A stretch of 64,000 nucleotides of DNA, taken from Macrostomum lignano (Eukaryota). Below the pieces are notes generated by a model. That model searched no databases. It was given only the letters and a program-made list of their open reading frames with translations, and had not been told where the DNA came from. Made by a program: the position numbers and the translations under genes. Location: the NCBI GenBank assembly GCA_002269645.1, contig NIVC01000839.1, positions 62,001 to 126,000 of the forward strand, read 5' to 3'. Positions 1 through 11,788 of this stretch are shown piece by piece. Numbering within the stretch: the stretch's first letter is position 1; each line of letters starts with the position of its first letter.

Positions 1-960
1 CCCCTTATGTGCACCCACCTCACTCCGCCTCTCTGCCCCTTATGTGCACCCACCTCACTCCGCCTTTCTGCCCCTTATGTGCACCCACCTCGCTCCGCCT
101 TTCTGCCTCGTATATGCACCCACCTCGCTCCGCCTCTCTGCCCCGTGTGGGCACCCACCTCACTCCGCCTTTCTGCCCCTTATGTGCACCCACCTCACTC
201 CGCCTTTCTGCCTCGTATATGCAGCCACCTCGCTCCGCCTCTCTGCCCCGTGTGGGCACCCACCTCACTCCGCCTTTCTGCCCCTTATGTGCACCCACCT
301 CACTCCGCCTTTCTGCCTCGTATATGCAGCCACCTCGCTCCGCCTCTCTGCCCCGTGTGGGCACCCACCTCACTCCGCCTTTCTGCCCCTTATGTGCACC
401 CACCTCACTCCGCCTTTCTGCCTCGTATATGCACCCACCTCGCTCCGCCTCTCTGCCCCGTGTGGGCACCCACCTCACTCCGCCTTTCTGCCTCGTATAT
501 GCACCCACCTCGCTCCGCCTCTCTGCCCCTTATGTGCACCCACCTCACTCCGCCTTTCTGCCTCGTATATGCACCCACCTCGCTCCGCCTCTCTGCCCCG
601 TGTGGGCACCCACCTCACTCCGCCTTTCTGCCTCGTATATGCACCCACCTCGCTCCGCCTCTCTGCCCCGTGTGGGCACCCACCTCACTCCGCCTTTCTG
701 CCTCGTATATGCACCCACCTCGCTCCGCCTCTCTGCCCCGTGTGGGCACCCACCTCACTCCGCCTTTCTGCCTCGTATATGCACCCACCTCGCTCCGCCT
801 CTCTGCCCCGTGTGGGCACCCACCTCACTCCGCCTTTCTGCCCCTTATGTGCACCCACCTCACTCCGCCTCTCTGCCCCGTGTGGGCACCCACCTCACTC
901 CGCCTTTCTGCCTCGTATATGCACCCACCTAATTCCGCCTTTCTGCCCCTAATTTGCACC
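1..960. repeat. ~35-bp mosaic minisatellite (core CACCCACCTCACTCCGCC), probably in a USP34 intron
   Basis: Directly visible tandem units; the long Pro/His/Leu ORFs over it are repeat translations. Confidence 0.95.
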
Positions 961-1021
961 CACCCCACTCAGCCTCTACAAAAAGAGCTTTCTAGTCTTT
1001 TGTTTTCACATCCGCAATCAG

Positions 1022-3912
1022 GCTTTGCAAAGTGCTACTAGAACGAGATTCGGACTACGTGAAATTTATGGAACTGAGCAACCTGCCCGTACTAGTGGAC
1101 GCTATGTACACTCTGCATACGATGTTCTTCGACTCAGAGGGGTGTTTTGTCTACGAAGAAATGCTGCAATTATTGTGCATTATTAACACCTGTTTGCGAG
1201 TTGGACTGGACTGTATCGAACGGCATAGAGACGGACTTCTCAGAAAGGCGGTGTTCTACGAGTCTAAGGGTCGGCGTGGACTGTTGGACCTGCCTCATAA
1301 ACTGCTGAGTCTATTGAGCAGCTTTGTAGTGCCCGACATTCGAGTAGCTGCTATCGGTACGAGATTTGCTAAAGTGCTGTTTTTACATGTAAAAGTAACT
1401 GATTATTTTTATAAACTGAAATTGCCCTCCAACTACTGTTTCCACTTTCAGAGGCCCTCAAAAATTTAGTAAACATCTACCAGACTGACGTCACTGAACA
1501 GCTGGTGGAGTTGCTTAGCAACCGGCATCAGGCATTTCACAGCACCACGGCGCACAGTATGTTCGATTTTTTGCCTTAATCTGTTTCCTTTTCCTCTTAT
1601 CGACACCCACCCACTCCGATGCTCTGCCCCTCGCTCTAACCGACACCCACCCCTATCGGATTCTCTGCCCTCACTCTAATCAACACCCACCCCACTCCGA
1701 ACTCTGCCCCTCACTCTAACCGACACCCACCCCACTCCGATCTCTGTCCCTCACTCTAACCAACACCCACCCCACTCTGATTCTCTGTCCCTCACTCTAA
1801 CCGACACCCACCCCACTCTGATTCTCTGCCCCTCACTCTAACCGACACCCACCCACTCCAATTCTCTGCCCCTCACTCTAACCGACACCCACCCCACTCC
1901 GATCTCTGTCCCTCACTCTAACCAACACCCACCCCACTCTGATTCTCTGTCCCTCACTCTAACCGACACCCACCCCACTCCAATTATCTTAGCACTAATT
2001 AAATCAGTAATTAATTCAATTCTCTGCCTTTGCAGTCGCTCACGGCCTGTTCTTCCCTCGTCTGCAATCGCCGCCAACATTTCAATTAAATCAGCAGCGC
2101 CAGGTAAAGCTGCCTAAACCGCACTTTGGCATGCTGCTGCACCCAAACATGTTGGAGTCGCCCAGAGGCGCCAATCCGGCTTACGATCGTAAATTGGACG
2201 AGTTCTTCATGCCCTACTATCAGCTGGTCGATCGTCTGGCCAGGGTAAGCATCAATGCGATGCATTTCACCCAGGAGACTGCCCACCTCTGCGCTATGGT
2301 GGCTTATGAAGGCGCCAGTCTGCACTGCAGCTTGTTTGCTAAGCTATGGAATGAGGTTGTCACTCTGCAGGATCGCAGTGTCCCAGCTCAGGTGAGCGGC
2401 TCTTCTTACTCGCTACTCGTAACACCCAACATTGCATTTTATCGATTTTTATTCACCCACCCACTCCGCATTTTATAGATTTTTTCTCACTCACCCCACT
2501 CCACATTTTTTATTCTCCCACCCCACTCCGCATTTTATTGATTTTTTCTCACTCACCCCACTCCACATTTTTTATTCTCCCACCCCACTCCACGTTTTAT
2601 TGATTTTTCTCACCCACCCCACTCCACATTTTTTATTCACCCACCCTACTCCACATTTTATCGATTTTTTCTCACCAACCCGACTCAATTTTTTATTCAC
2701 TTACCCCACTCCACATTTTATTGCTTTTTTCTCACCCACCCCACTGCACATTTTTTTATTCACCTACTCCACATTTTATCGATTTTTTCTCACCCACCTC
2801 ACTCCGCATTTTATCGATTTTTCTCACCCACACTACTCAACATTTTATCGATTTTTGTTCGCCAAATCCGCTCCCCAGCCACCAGCCTCTCCTTCGGGAG
2901 CCTCAGCTGCAGGCGCCGCTGCAGTCGTGGCCGCCACCGTAAACGCCATCAGCGGAGGTAGCAGCGGCGTCGGAGGCAGCGGAGGAACTTCTCGCCAGTC
3001 GCCGCTGGACACGCTAATGGAAGACAGCTACTTTACCGAATACGTTGCTGCCGTGCTGACTAAGGAGCGTCGCTGTTTGGTTGACCGGCACATTTACGCT
3101 TTTATGACTCACTGCTTTCCCAAGGTCAGTAGCCTGTCTGTGAGTGCCTCGGTGTGACACCCACCCCACTCCGATCCTCTGCTTCTCTAACCGATGCCCA
3201 CCCCGCTCCGATTCTCTGCCCCTCACTCTAACCGACACCCACCCCACTCCGATTTTCTGCCCCTCACTCTAACCGACACCCACCCCACTCCGATTCTCTG
3301 CCCCTCACTCTAACCGACACCCACCCCACTCCGATTTTCTGCCCGTCCAACCGACACCCACCCCACTTTAATTCTCTGTCCCTCCAAGCAACACAGCCCA
3401 CTACAAACCTTTACCAGGTGTACCAGTGCCTGACAGACATGCCCGACATTCGCACGTCCTTGATCGACAGCGTGACACAATCAGCTGAGTCGCTGACTTC
3501 ATCAGTAGCAAAAGCAGCATCTGCATCAGCTCCATCAGACTCCAGTCACGCTGAGAAAACTGAGGACCAACAGCAGCTTCTCAGTCAAGTTGAAGGCGAC
3601 GTGAAAGCCTGTCTGCTGCTTCTAGCAGTGGTTTCTCAGCAGCAGCAGCAACAGCAAGAGTCGCAGCATGGCAACGAAGCGTTGAGTCACGCACTTGAGA
3701 AGATTCGTTCCTATCTGTTATTGAATCAGTCAGCTGACTCTGCTTCCTGTTCTCAGACGGACTCAAACACTTCAAGCACTGAGCAGTCGCAGCAGAGACA
3801 TCAGATATCCGCTTCTCTTGTGAGGCTGGTTGAAAAACTTATCAAACAATTGCAACTGTACGATCTGCCCTCGACTACAGCTACTGATGCTACTACATCC
3901 ATTGCCGATTAG
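1022..3912 (+). CDS. USP34: Ubiquitin carboxyl-terminal hydrolase 34, last five coding exons (5' part lies upstream of the window)
   Basis: Exons 1022-1356, 1452-1556, 2036-2391, 2879-3124 and 3418-3912 have GT-AG ends and compatible phases. Peptides LLERDSD...MYTLHTMF, HKLLSLLSSFVVPDIRVAAI, YDRKLDEFFMPYYQLVDRLARVSIN...MVAYEGASLHCSLFAKLWNEV, LMEDSYFTEYVAAVLTKER...IYAFMTH and EGDVKACLLLLAV match, in order, the USP34 C-terminus as I recall it (HKLLTLLNSYSPPELRNACI; VAYEGLPLHLALFPKLWTEL; LCEDPVFAEYIKCILMDER). Confidence 0.9.
1600..1982. repeat. ~40-bp intronic minisatellite (CCGACACCCACCCCACTCCGATTCTCTGCCCCTCACTCTAA)
   Basis: Tandem units visible inside the USP34 intron 1557-2035. Confidence 0.9.
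2435..2860. repeat. ~30-35-bp intronic minisatellite (TTTT...CACCCACCCCACTCC)
   Basis: Degenerate tandem units inside the USP34 intron 2392-2878. Confidence 0.85.
3155..3375. repeat. ~40-bp intronic minisatellite, same family as 1600-1982
   Basis: Tandem units inside the USP34 intron 3125-3417. Confidence 0.9.
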
Positions 3913-4183
3913 GTGTTGTAATTGGTTTCTAAACCGAACGTTTGATTAAATTTGCCTCTTTCTTAAATTTAAACAGTTTAAAGTTTACTGTTTTACAAAT
4001 TACAATTTAAACCTCGTATTTTATCTGTGTCTGTATTGCTTTTTCTTATAATTATTGTTTGTTTGTTTGTTAAAAATTTGTTTCGATTGCATGAAATATT
4101 TTTATACTCTAATAAGATTGTCTAGGAAAACATCGGTATAGACCTGTGCAAGCCAATTAAATTTGATTTATTCCAACAATTTC

Positions 4184-4486
4184 CAATGAGCGTGGAGCCC
4201 TTGTAGCAGCCAATGAGCGTCGAGCCCTTGTAGCAGCCAATGAGCGTCGAGCCCTTGTAGCAGCCAATGAGCGTGGAGCCCTTGTAGCAGCCAATGAGCG
4301 TGGAGCCCTTGTAGCAGCCAATGAGCGTCGAGCCCTTGTAACAGCCAATGAGCGTGGAGCCCTTGTAGCAGCCAATGAGCGTGGAGCCCTTGTAGCAGCC
4401 AATGAGCGTCGAGCCCTTGTAACAGCCAATGAGCGTCGAGCCCTTGTAGCAGCCAATGAGCTTCGAGCCCTTGTAGCAGCCAATCA
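4184..4486. repeat. 24-bp tandem repeat (~12 copies), each containing a CCAAT motif
   Basis: Unit CCAATGAGCGT(G/C)GAGCCCTTGTAGCAG visible. Confidence 0.95.
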
Positions 4487-5860
4487 AAATAGAGCGTTTT
4501 TAGGCTGGCCAATAAGACTAGTGGAGAGCGAGTGCAAGTGGTGAGTTTTTAACAAGAATAAATAAAGTTGGTGTGGACAAAAATTTACTTGTTAAAATGT
4601 TTTAAATAAACAATATTATTATTATTCCGGTGTTCTGAAAAAAATTGTCTGCCCTGAATTCAAACTTTCTAGAATGGGCTCGCAGTGTGTGATTTATGAA
4701 TACAATGTTTGTTTGCTTGTTGTTGCATATGCCGCTTTTCTAAATAAATTTCAAAAAGTCCAAGCATAGCATATATCTATTCCAGTTCAATCAAATATCG
4801 CAATAGTTTAGTTTTTAATTTGAGTAAAATAACCATACAACTGATAAACCGTTGTCTTTCTCCATTGATTCTGATTGACAATAAAATGAGAAAAATATTG
4901 GAAATTGGCTAGGGAGTGCTCAGGCAAAGGGCACACCGTGGCGGTCTGCCCGACGCCAGCAAAGGAAACCTCTGGAGGTCGGCAGCCTGGGGCCAGCGCC
5001 GACCCGCTTAGAAGGGGCCCACAGATCAGCGCCATTGATATTCGTGCAGGTGCAGTTCGGTGGCACGTTAGTGGCTGCTCTGCTCGACACAGGCGCACAA
5101 GTTTCGCTTATGGACAAATACCTGTTCGACAGACTCTCCTGCCAGATCGACTCCACAGACATCGCCGCCTTGCCGACCTCCGTGGACGGCTCCAGGCTGC
5201 GCTGTCTTGGCCTGACGGCGGCAGAAGTTTCAGTCGTCAAGGACATCCGAGGGTGGCACAAGTTTACTGTGGTGGAAGGCATCCAGCCTAGTCTAATCCT
5301 CGGCATCGATTTTGGCACCATGGTGTCGCGCACGTGACCATCGATATGAAGATCGGTGCTGTTAAGTTCAATGGCAGACCTGTGTCGTTCAGCAGCGAGG
5401 CCCCGCAGGCCCACTGCCGTTTGGTGCCGAGCGTGCTGGTGGCGCGTGTCGCAATCGATACGGAGCTGCTAACACTCAGTGAGAAGCTGGTGTGGCTCAA
5501 GGTGAACTCCAGTGGTGAGCAGGGAGTTTTCGAGCCATGCGAGGACTTTGCGACGTCCACTGCAGTCCTACCGGCTCGCGTGCTGGTGGTCTCAGATTCG
5601 TTCCGCATCCCGGTGAGAATGTGTAACCTGTCGAAGGAACCCGTGCTGCTGTTCGCCAACAAGGCCGTCGGGACGTTTGAAGGCGCGGTGGCCGATGCAG
5701 ACAGTCGTGAGCACGCCGCTCAGGAAGCCACAATCGGCTGGAACATCAACCCGGAGCTGCCTGATTCGGATGCGGAGAGGCCCCGCCAGCTGCTGTAATG
5801 CAATGATGACTTGTTTGCCAAGCATGAGTACGACTCGGGGACGGCGAAGCTGCTACAACA

Positions 5861-6728
5861 ACAACAACAACAGAGTACGCTGCCGGTTCGCAAAAGCAGC
5901 GTCAGATGGCGCGCTTCGAAGCTTGGGCGCGAACAAAGGCCGCACCGCCGGCAGAGTCCGGGGCGCCGGCGTCAGCCAGCAGACAGTCGACGTAGCGCCG
6001 AGTCCTCGCCTGTCCCCGCCGGTAGGGTGCCTGCAACGTAAGTAGCAGCACCTCCTGCACCGGCTCCGGACAGTAGGCCTCGGCGCGGATGACGTGGCCT
6101 GCCAGCTGGAGTCGCCGACGGCGCAGCAGATCGCTAGGACGGGCCAGGCCGGCGCGATGATAGAGCGCCGTGTTGGTGACTCGCTTGTTGCCGATCTTGA
6201 AGGCGGCGCGCAGCAGGCCAGCGTGCGCCGCGTCGACTTGAGCCTCGAGCGAGTCTGTCAGCGTCCAGGTCTCGGCGTTGTATAACAGGACGGTTTCGAT
6301 CACCGCCTGGAACAGCGCCGCCCTCTGGCGGTCCGGTAGGGCCTCGGACTGCAGGACTGACCTTATAGAACGAAAGGCAGCCCAGGCAAGTCCTCGGCGA
6401 CGCCGCAGATCCTCGCGAACGTCGGGAACCAGACCGCCGAGGTAGAAGAACTGCTGACATCTTGGAAGCTCACTCGCCTGTCCGTCAGCGCCTCGGCAGA
6501 AGATTGCAGCCTCGGTGTCGTCCGGGATGCATAGCACGACGGTCTTCTGCGTGTTGACCACCAGGCCGACGCTCGCCGCAACGGCAACCAGCCTATCCAG
6601 CTGTCGTTGGGCGCCCTCGACGGTCGAGGACAGCAGGGCGAGGTCATCAGCGTAGCCAAGCACGCTGAGCCGTCTCTCCGGTTGGCGTCGACCCACGCGT
6701 CGCCGCAGCAGGAAGCCGTCGTCGTTGG
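5861..6728 (-). mobile_element. 5'-truncated non-LTR retrotransposon (RT C-terminus, RTE/CR1-like)
   Basis: ORF 5902-6696 with GYADDLAL, YLGG and VLLYNAETWTL; (TTG)n tail; 10-bp TSD TGCTACAACA at 5851-5860 and 6729-6738. Removing it restores the Gypsy reading LLQHQIEM. Confidence 0.9.
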
Positions 6729-6882
6729 TGCTACAACACCAGATCGAGATGGAGCACGGACGGGCGGCAGCTGAACGCCTGCACGGTTAAGGACGCGTAC
6801 CCGCTGCCGCACCTGCAGCAGGCCATGGACGCGCTCGTCGGGTGCTCCTATTTCTCCACCATTGACTACTGCCGGCAAGGCT

Positions 6883-8110
6883 TTTTTTTATTAGAGGCAG
6901 GGGGGGTTGTGTGCACCCTGGCGCAATTTAAGCGTCATTGGCACACAACCGGCGAGAGGCATTACTGCCCATTCCGCCGACTACCCTGAGCAGGTGATGT
7001 GTTCCTTATTACCCGACTTCGATAATCAAGGAACAATCACTTCTAGCTCAGTAGCTAGGCAACCCAGTAAGTCAACAGAAGGTATTCAATTAACTTGAGT
7101 CCTTGGAGATATCTCTTCGATGTGGATCTCGTGTAGATCTCGTTATCGTCAGCAGTCAAGTTGACTCTCGATTGTAGATCGGGTCCGAATCTTCGTTTCT
7201 TCTTCTAGTAGTTCCGGCCGGATTCTGACGCTCGGACCAATGGGAAGCTTCCGAATTAAAAATGGGTACCCTGCGCCGAACTGCGGTCTGAATTAAGCCT
7301 TCTTCTTCTAGTAGTGTCTCTCTGCACTCTAGGTATTGCTCCGGATATCTCTAGTAGTTCCTCTAAGATCTACTAGGGTAGTCCATCGGGCGACTACGGC
7401 CAATGGAGTCTCAACAGACTCAAAAGTCTCAACAGACTTAAATAAACTCAAGTCTCAACAGACTTGAGCGAGACGTCTCTTACAACAACTGGCGCAAATA
7501 AGAAGGCTTACCGCAACACTTGACCAAGTCTTTCGTTCGACTGGTGAATCAGGAAGTCTCGCTAAGGGCTTCCTCTTCGGAGAGCTCCTCTTCCGTGGGG
7601 AGAATGACTCCGATACCGCTTCAGATCGCTTGTATTTATAGGCAACTTTTTGATCCAAAATAGCATCATGACACGCACTTGTTGCGCTAAAAGGGGAAAA
7701 TGGCTCATTGCGTATTATTTTGGTAACATCTTTTCTTGGTATCGTGATTCATTCAAAGCTTAGGCGCACATGCGTGTACTTACTTACTTATAGTAGCATT
7801 ATACGATTATCTTCTTTTTCCCTTTTTTACGGGAGGTAGAACACTCTACACAGGCATACAAGCGCGCGGATACGTTACGCAGGCACACACTCACACAGGA
7901 GTGTACAGCGGCCCTAACTTTATCAATTGTTAGGCATGTACACTTCACTGCGCCTTGGGGGGGGGGGTTGGCTCTCGACAAGGCCGTTAATTGCACAAGC
8001 GAGCCAAGCCAAGATTCCAATCCAGCCCCAAATTAATGTGGCTGCACTTGGAATCGAGCCTGGGTCGCGGCACACCAGCGCAGCTGAGCTACCGCTGGGC
8101 TACGGCCCCC
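6883..8110 (-). mobile_element. tRNA-derived SINE-like element, interrupted by a solo LTR
   Basis: 14-bp TSD CTGCCGGCAAGGCT (6869-6882, 8111-8124); AATAAAAAAA tail; head GGGGCCGTAGCCCAGCGGTAG...GGCTCGATTCC resembles Pol III A and B boxes; body motif TGTACACTCCTGTGTGAGTG is shared with copies near 25.9, 37.0 and 62.7 kb. Confidence 0.75.
6995..7850 (-). mobile_element. Solo LTR (856 bp)
   Basis: TG...CA ends, 4-bp TSD CAGG (6991-6994, 7851-7854), TATA-like CCTATAAATAC on the minus strand; the first ~120 bp closely match 19492 onward. Confidence 0.85.
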
Positions 8111-10289
8111 CTGCCGGCAAGGCTACCACCAGGTGGAAGTTGCGGAGGAGGACCGGCACAAGACGGTATTCTACTCGACTCGCGGTCTGATGCAGTTTCA
8201 TAAGGTGGGCTTTGGGATGTGCGACGCCCCGGCAACGTTCCAGCGACTCATGGAGTTGGTGATGTCCGGTCTGTCCTGGGAGGCGGTGCTGACCTACATT
8301 GACGACATCATCATCTTTAGCAGGACGTTTGACGAGCACCTAATGAAGCTGACGCAGGTCTTCCAGCGGCTGCGAGACGCGGGGCTCAAGCTGCACTGAG
8401 CGAAAAGCGCGTTCGCACACCACCAAGTGCTGTACCTCGGACACCTGGTTAGCGAGCATCGCGCCTGATCCCGGAAAGTTCGATGCCATCCGCAGCATGC
8501 CCAGTCCAGCGACAATGGAGGACGTGAAAAATTTTCTCTGAATGCTGGGATTTTACCGCCGGTTCATCGAAGGCTTCAGCCAGACTGCCAGGGTGCTGCA
8601 CGATGTCAGCCAAAGGTCCAGAGACTTCGCGTGGAGCAGTGACTGCGAGCGAGCGTTCAACGAACTGAAGCGCAAGCTGACAACAGCACCGGTGTTGGGG
8701 CTGCCCGACTTCTCGAGGAAGTTCTTCTTGAGCTGCGACAGCAGCTAATTCACCGTCGGTGCGTTGCTTAGCTGCATTCAGGTGCCGAGCTGCCGCGGTC
8801 GGATTTGCGTCGCGCACTCTTAACAAGGCCGAGCGCAACTACTCGGCGACCGACCGGGAGCTGCTGGCGCTGGTGTGGAGCCTGAAGCACTTCAGGATGG
8901 ACGTATTTGCTGAGCGTCCCCAGCTTCACTGTCTACTCGGACCACCGGCCGTACAGGGTCTGGCAACCAAGGGCCCGGAAGGTTGGTTGGCCCGGTGGCT
9001 GTCGACTCTGCAGCAGTTTTCCTTCTCGCTGCTCTACCGGCCTGGTCAAGACAACGTGGTGCCGGATGCGCTGAGCCGGCGGGACTGAGCTGAGTGGGAC
9101 GGCGGCAACCTGCACGAGCAGCAGTGGCAGGACATAAAAGGGCCACTGCCGCGCACGACTGACGTCGCCCTCAGCGACCAAGGGCGGCAGTTCGAAAGCG
9201 ACGCGTTCGGACAGCTCTGCGAGCAGCTGGGCGTTGAGATGACTCGCACGTCGCCGTTTCATCCGAGCGGCAATGGCGTCGTTGAGCGCGGCAACAGAAC
9301 GCTGGGCGACATGCTGGCGACGGTCGTATTGGAGAACCAGCAGGACTGGCATCGGAAGCTGCCGTACGTCACCTGGGCCTACAACACCTCCGTGCACAGC
9401 ACCACCGGTCTCAGCACATACCAGGTCCTGCACTGCTGGCCGCCAGGGCTGGTCCTCGACAGCTGGCCCTGATGAACAGTGACCAGCAGGCGAAAGGCTG
9501 CGGTACTCACGATTTCTTGCAGCAGATTCAGAAGAATCTGCAGAGCGCTTTTGAATCAGTACAAGCAGGCCAACCAGTCCAGTGCGCCCAGTTCACGCCG
9601 TTCGCGGAGGGCCAGCTCGTCATGCTGCGCAACTCGGTGGTCAAGCGCGGCCAAACGAGATGCCTCAGCGCTAATTGGAAAGGGGCCGTAGTACCGGGTC
9701 CTGCGGCGCCTCGGTGAGGTCAACTACCGCATCCAGGATGAAGCGGAACGACGCAGGCGCAAATTGGTGGTACTCGTACATCACGACCGTCTGCGAATCT
9801 TCGAAATTCCAGAGGCTGCGGTTGCCAACGCCGCCGACATTGTGGACCTCCAACCTAGGTCCTCGGGAAGCACACGATCTCGAGGGCGATGCCAGAAACC
9901 TCTGGCCTGCACAGGAGGCAGACGAGGAGCCCCGAGGAGCAACCGGTGGCACTGGCTGACCCGGCTGAGGCACTTCATCGGTCAACAAGAGAGCGGCAAC
10001 CGCCGGATTCCTACATGGCGGGTTTTACGTGACTGAACTGTCTAGGGGGGAAGTAGTGTAATGTATTTGATTGCATGCGTGCTCTGGCGGTGGTGGCACC
10101 AAGGATCATGCATGTCTATGGGTTGTGAAAACCACACAGTTATTTACAATAAAGGCAGGGCGTATGCAGGCGCAAGTATTTTCCAAGGACGACTTAAGTA
10201 GAAGGACGAGAAACCTCGTTTCTTAGAAAATTTTAGAAGGCAGGTTTTCCTGAAAAAATAAAAAAATACAAAATACAAATACAAATCTG

Positions 10290-10480
10290 GGTGGATGCTT
10301 GCCATCTGGGTGGATGCTTGCTATCTGGGTGGATGCTTGCTATCTGGGTGGATAATATCTGGGGGATGCTTGCTATCTGCAGATGCTTGCAATCTGGGTG
10401 GATGCTTGCTACGAGTATTAGGGAATGCTTGCTATCTGCGGTTGCTTACTTTTGGAGGGGGTGCTTGCTATCTAGAGGGA
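10290..10480. repeat. ~19-bp tandem repeat (TGGGTGGATGCTTGCTATC)
   Basis: Visible degenerate tandem units. Confidence 0.8.
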
Positions 10481-10719
10481 TGCTTGCTTTCTTGGGAATA
10501 TTTTCTATTTAGGGGGAATGATGTCTGTTATCTTTATGAAATCTGTATTTTGTTGTCTGTCTGTTAATTTTAAAAAAGAGATTCATAGCATTAGTGCACA
10601 CCGCCCCCTCCCCAAAGGACACACAAAGACACAGAGCTGGCGAGCAGACGAGGTGAGGGAGCCTGGCAACGGAGCCCCCAACACCAAACAAAAGCAGGCG
10701 CAAAAAGAAAGGCAAAGCA

Positions 10720-11788
10720 AAAGGAACGCGCAAAAGGCAAAGGGGCGAAGAGACGATCAACACCTAGAAAGCAAAGAAGCTGCCAGCTTCCGAGCAGCAC
10801 CGAAAGCTGCATCGCCAGGCGACAAATAACAGTTCACTGCGTCGCTGCGCCAGTCGCCCACGCTCTGGATCTCCCTGACAGACAGGCCGGAACGCGCCGC
10901 CTAGGTGGCTGCACCCCTCCGCAAGCTGTGCACGGAGTAGCCTGCCGCGCTGATGCCCGCCTTGTTGAGCCAGCACTTGAACTGCACGTCCAACATCCGG
11001 GAAGTCAGAGATGCGCTGCCGGCTGAACCGCTTGAGATGGTGAACAGGCTCTGCTGCGGTAGCCTCAAACGGTTGCAGCGAAGATGATCTCGCAGCGCCG
11101 CGACGGGGCAGAGCGGGTGACCGGGCGTCAGCTGCGGCAGCAGTACCCTGTGGCTCCTGCCGAACTGGTTGCTTTTCCCATAGCTGGACAGCAGAAGCAG
11201 ACCGTCCTTGCACTCCGACAGAGAACTGAGCCGCAGCACCGGCGGATCGCAACAGGCTGGACTTCCTAAACATGCCCCACCAGACGCACAGACTGCAGCC
11301 CAGCAGACAGCTTGGGCTGGGTTCGAGCAGTCAGCTTGGCGACGCAGCCTTGTTAAAATCTCGGGAGACACCGGCAGCTTGCGGCTCGGCTCCGCTCCGA
11401 GCTCGCGCTTGGCTCCCCGCAGCACCAGGTGCAGCAACGGATGCTTGGTCAGATCTGGCGCCCCTGCCAGCCGGAAGTTGGCGGAGAGAGCGCTGATGTG
11501 CACGCGGACGCTGCCGAAGGAGCTGAGCCGGCTATCCACGAGTCGGGCAACGTAATTCGCGAGGTCCTCTGCCCGGAAGCAGAGCGGGTCGAGCCGCCGC
11601 TCGAGATAGAAGCGTTGCCAGGAGCGGATGGCGGACGACAGCGACTTCTTGGATGATGAGGCGTAGGCCTGCTGGAGAAGCTTGGCGGCGGCGGCGTCAA
11701 GAGACCCAGGGAGGCGACCTGCAAAAGGAGAAAGGCGGCGGTGGGAGGGCTGAGCGCATGACCGGCAAACTCTTGCGGGCTGACCCAA
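10720..11788 (-). pseudogene. Tyrosine recombinase of copy 1 with a premature TAG
   Basis: SSAIRSWQRF, CPVAAL, HSLRRGAAT*, then in frame AARSGLSVREIQSVGDWRSDAVNCY (catalytic Tyr); local frame disturbance where WGMFRKSSLL is expected. Confidence 0.85.

Larger units (their letters stand above)
4900..10170 (+). mobile_element. Degenerate Gypsy LTR retrotransposon (5'-truncated, internally deleted, split by two insertions)
   Basis: Knuckle remnant CSGKGHTVAVCP; protease LLDTGAQVSL (5035-5337); RT LNACTVKDAYPLPHLQQAMD (~6770-6830), GMCDAPATFQR and TYIDDII (~8200-8320); RNase H ASRTLNKAERNYSATDRELLA and NVVPDALSR; integrase RTSPFHPSGNGVVERGNRTL; polypurine tract AGGGGGGAAG followed by TGTAATG at 10057 (start of the 3' LTR). 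Several stops and frameshifts. Confidence 0.9.

Noticed and set aside
7-1041. Long Pro/His/Leu-rich ORFs in several frames
   Set aside because: Translations of a minisatellite; the real USP34 exon starts at 1022.
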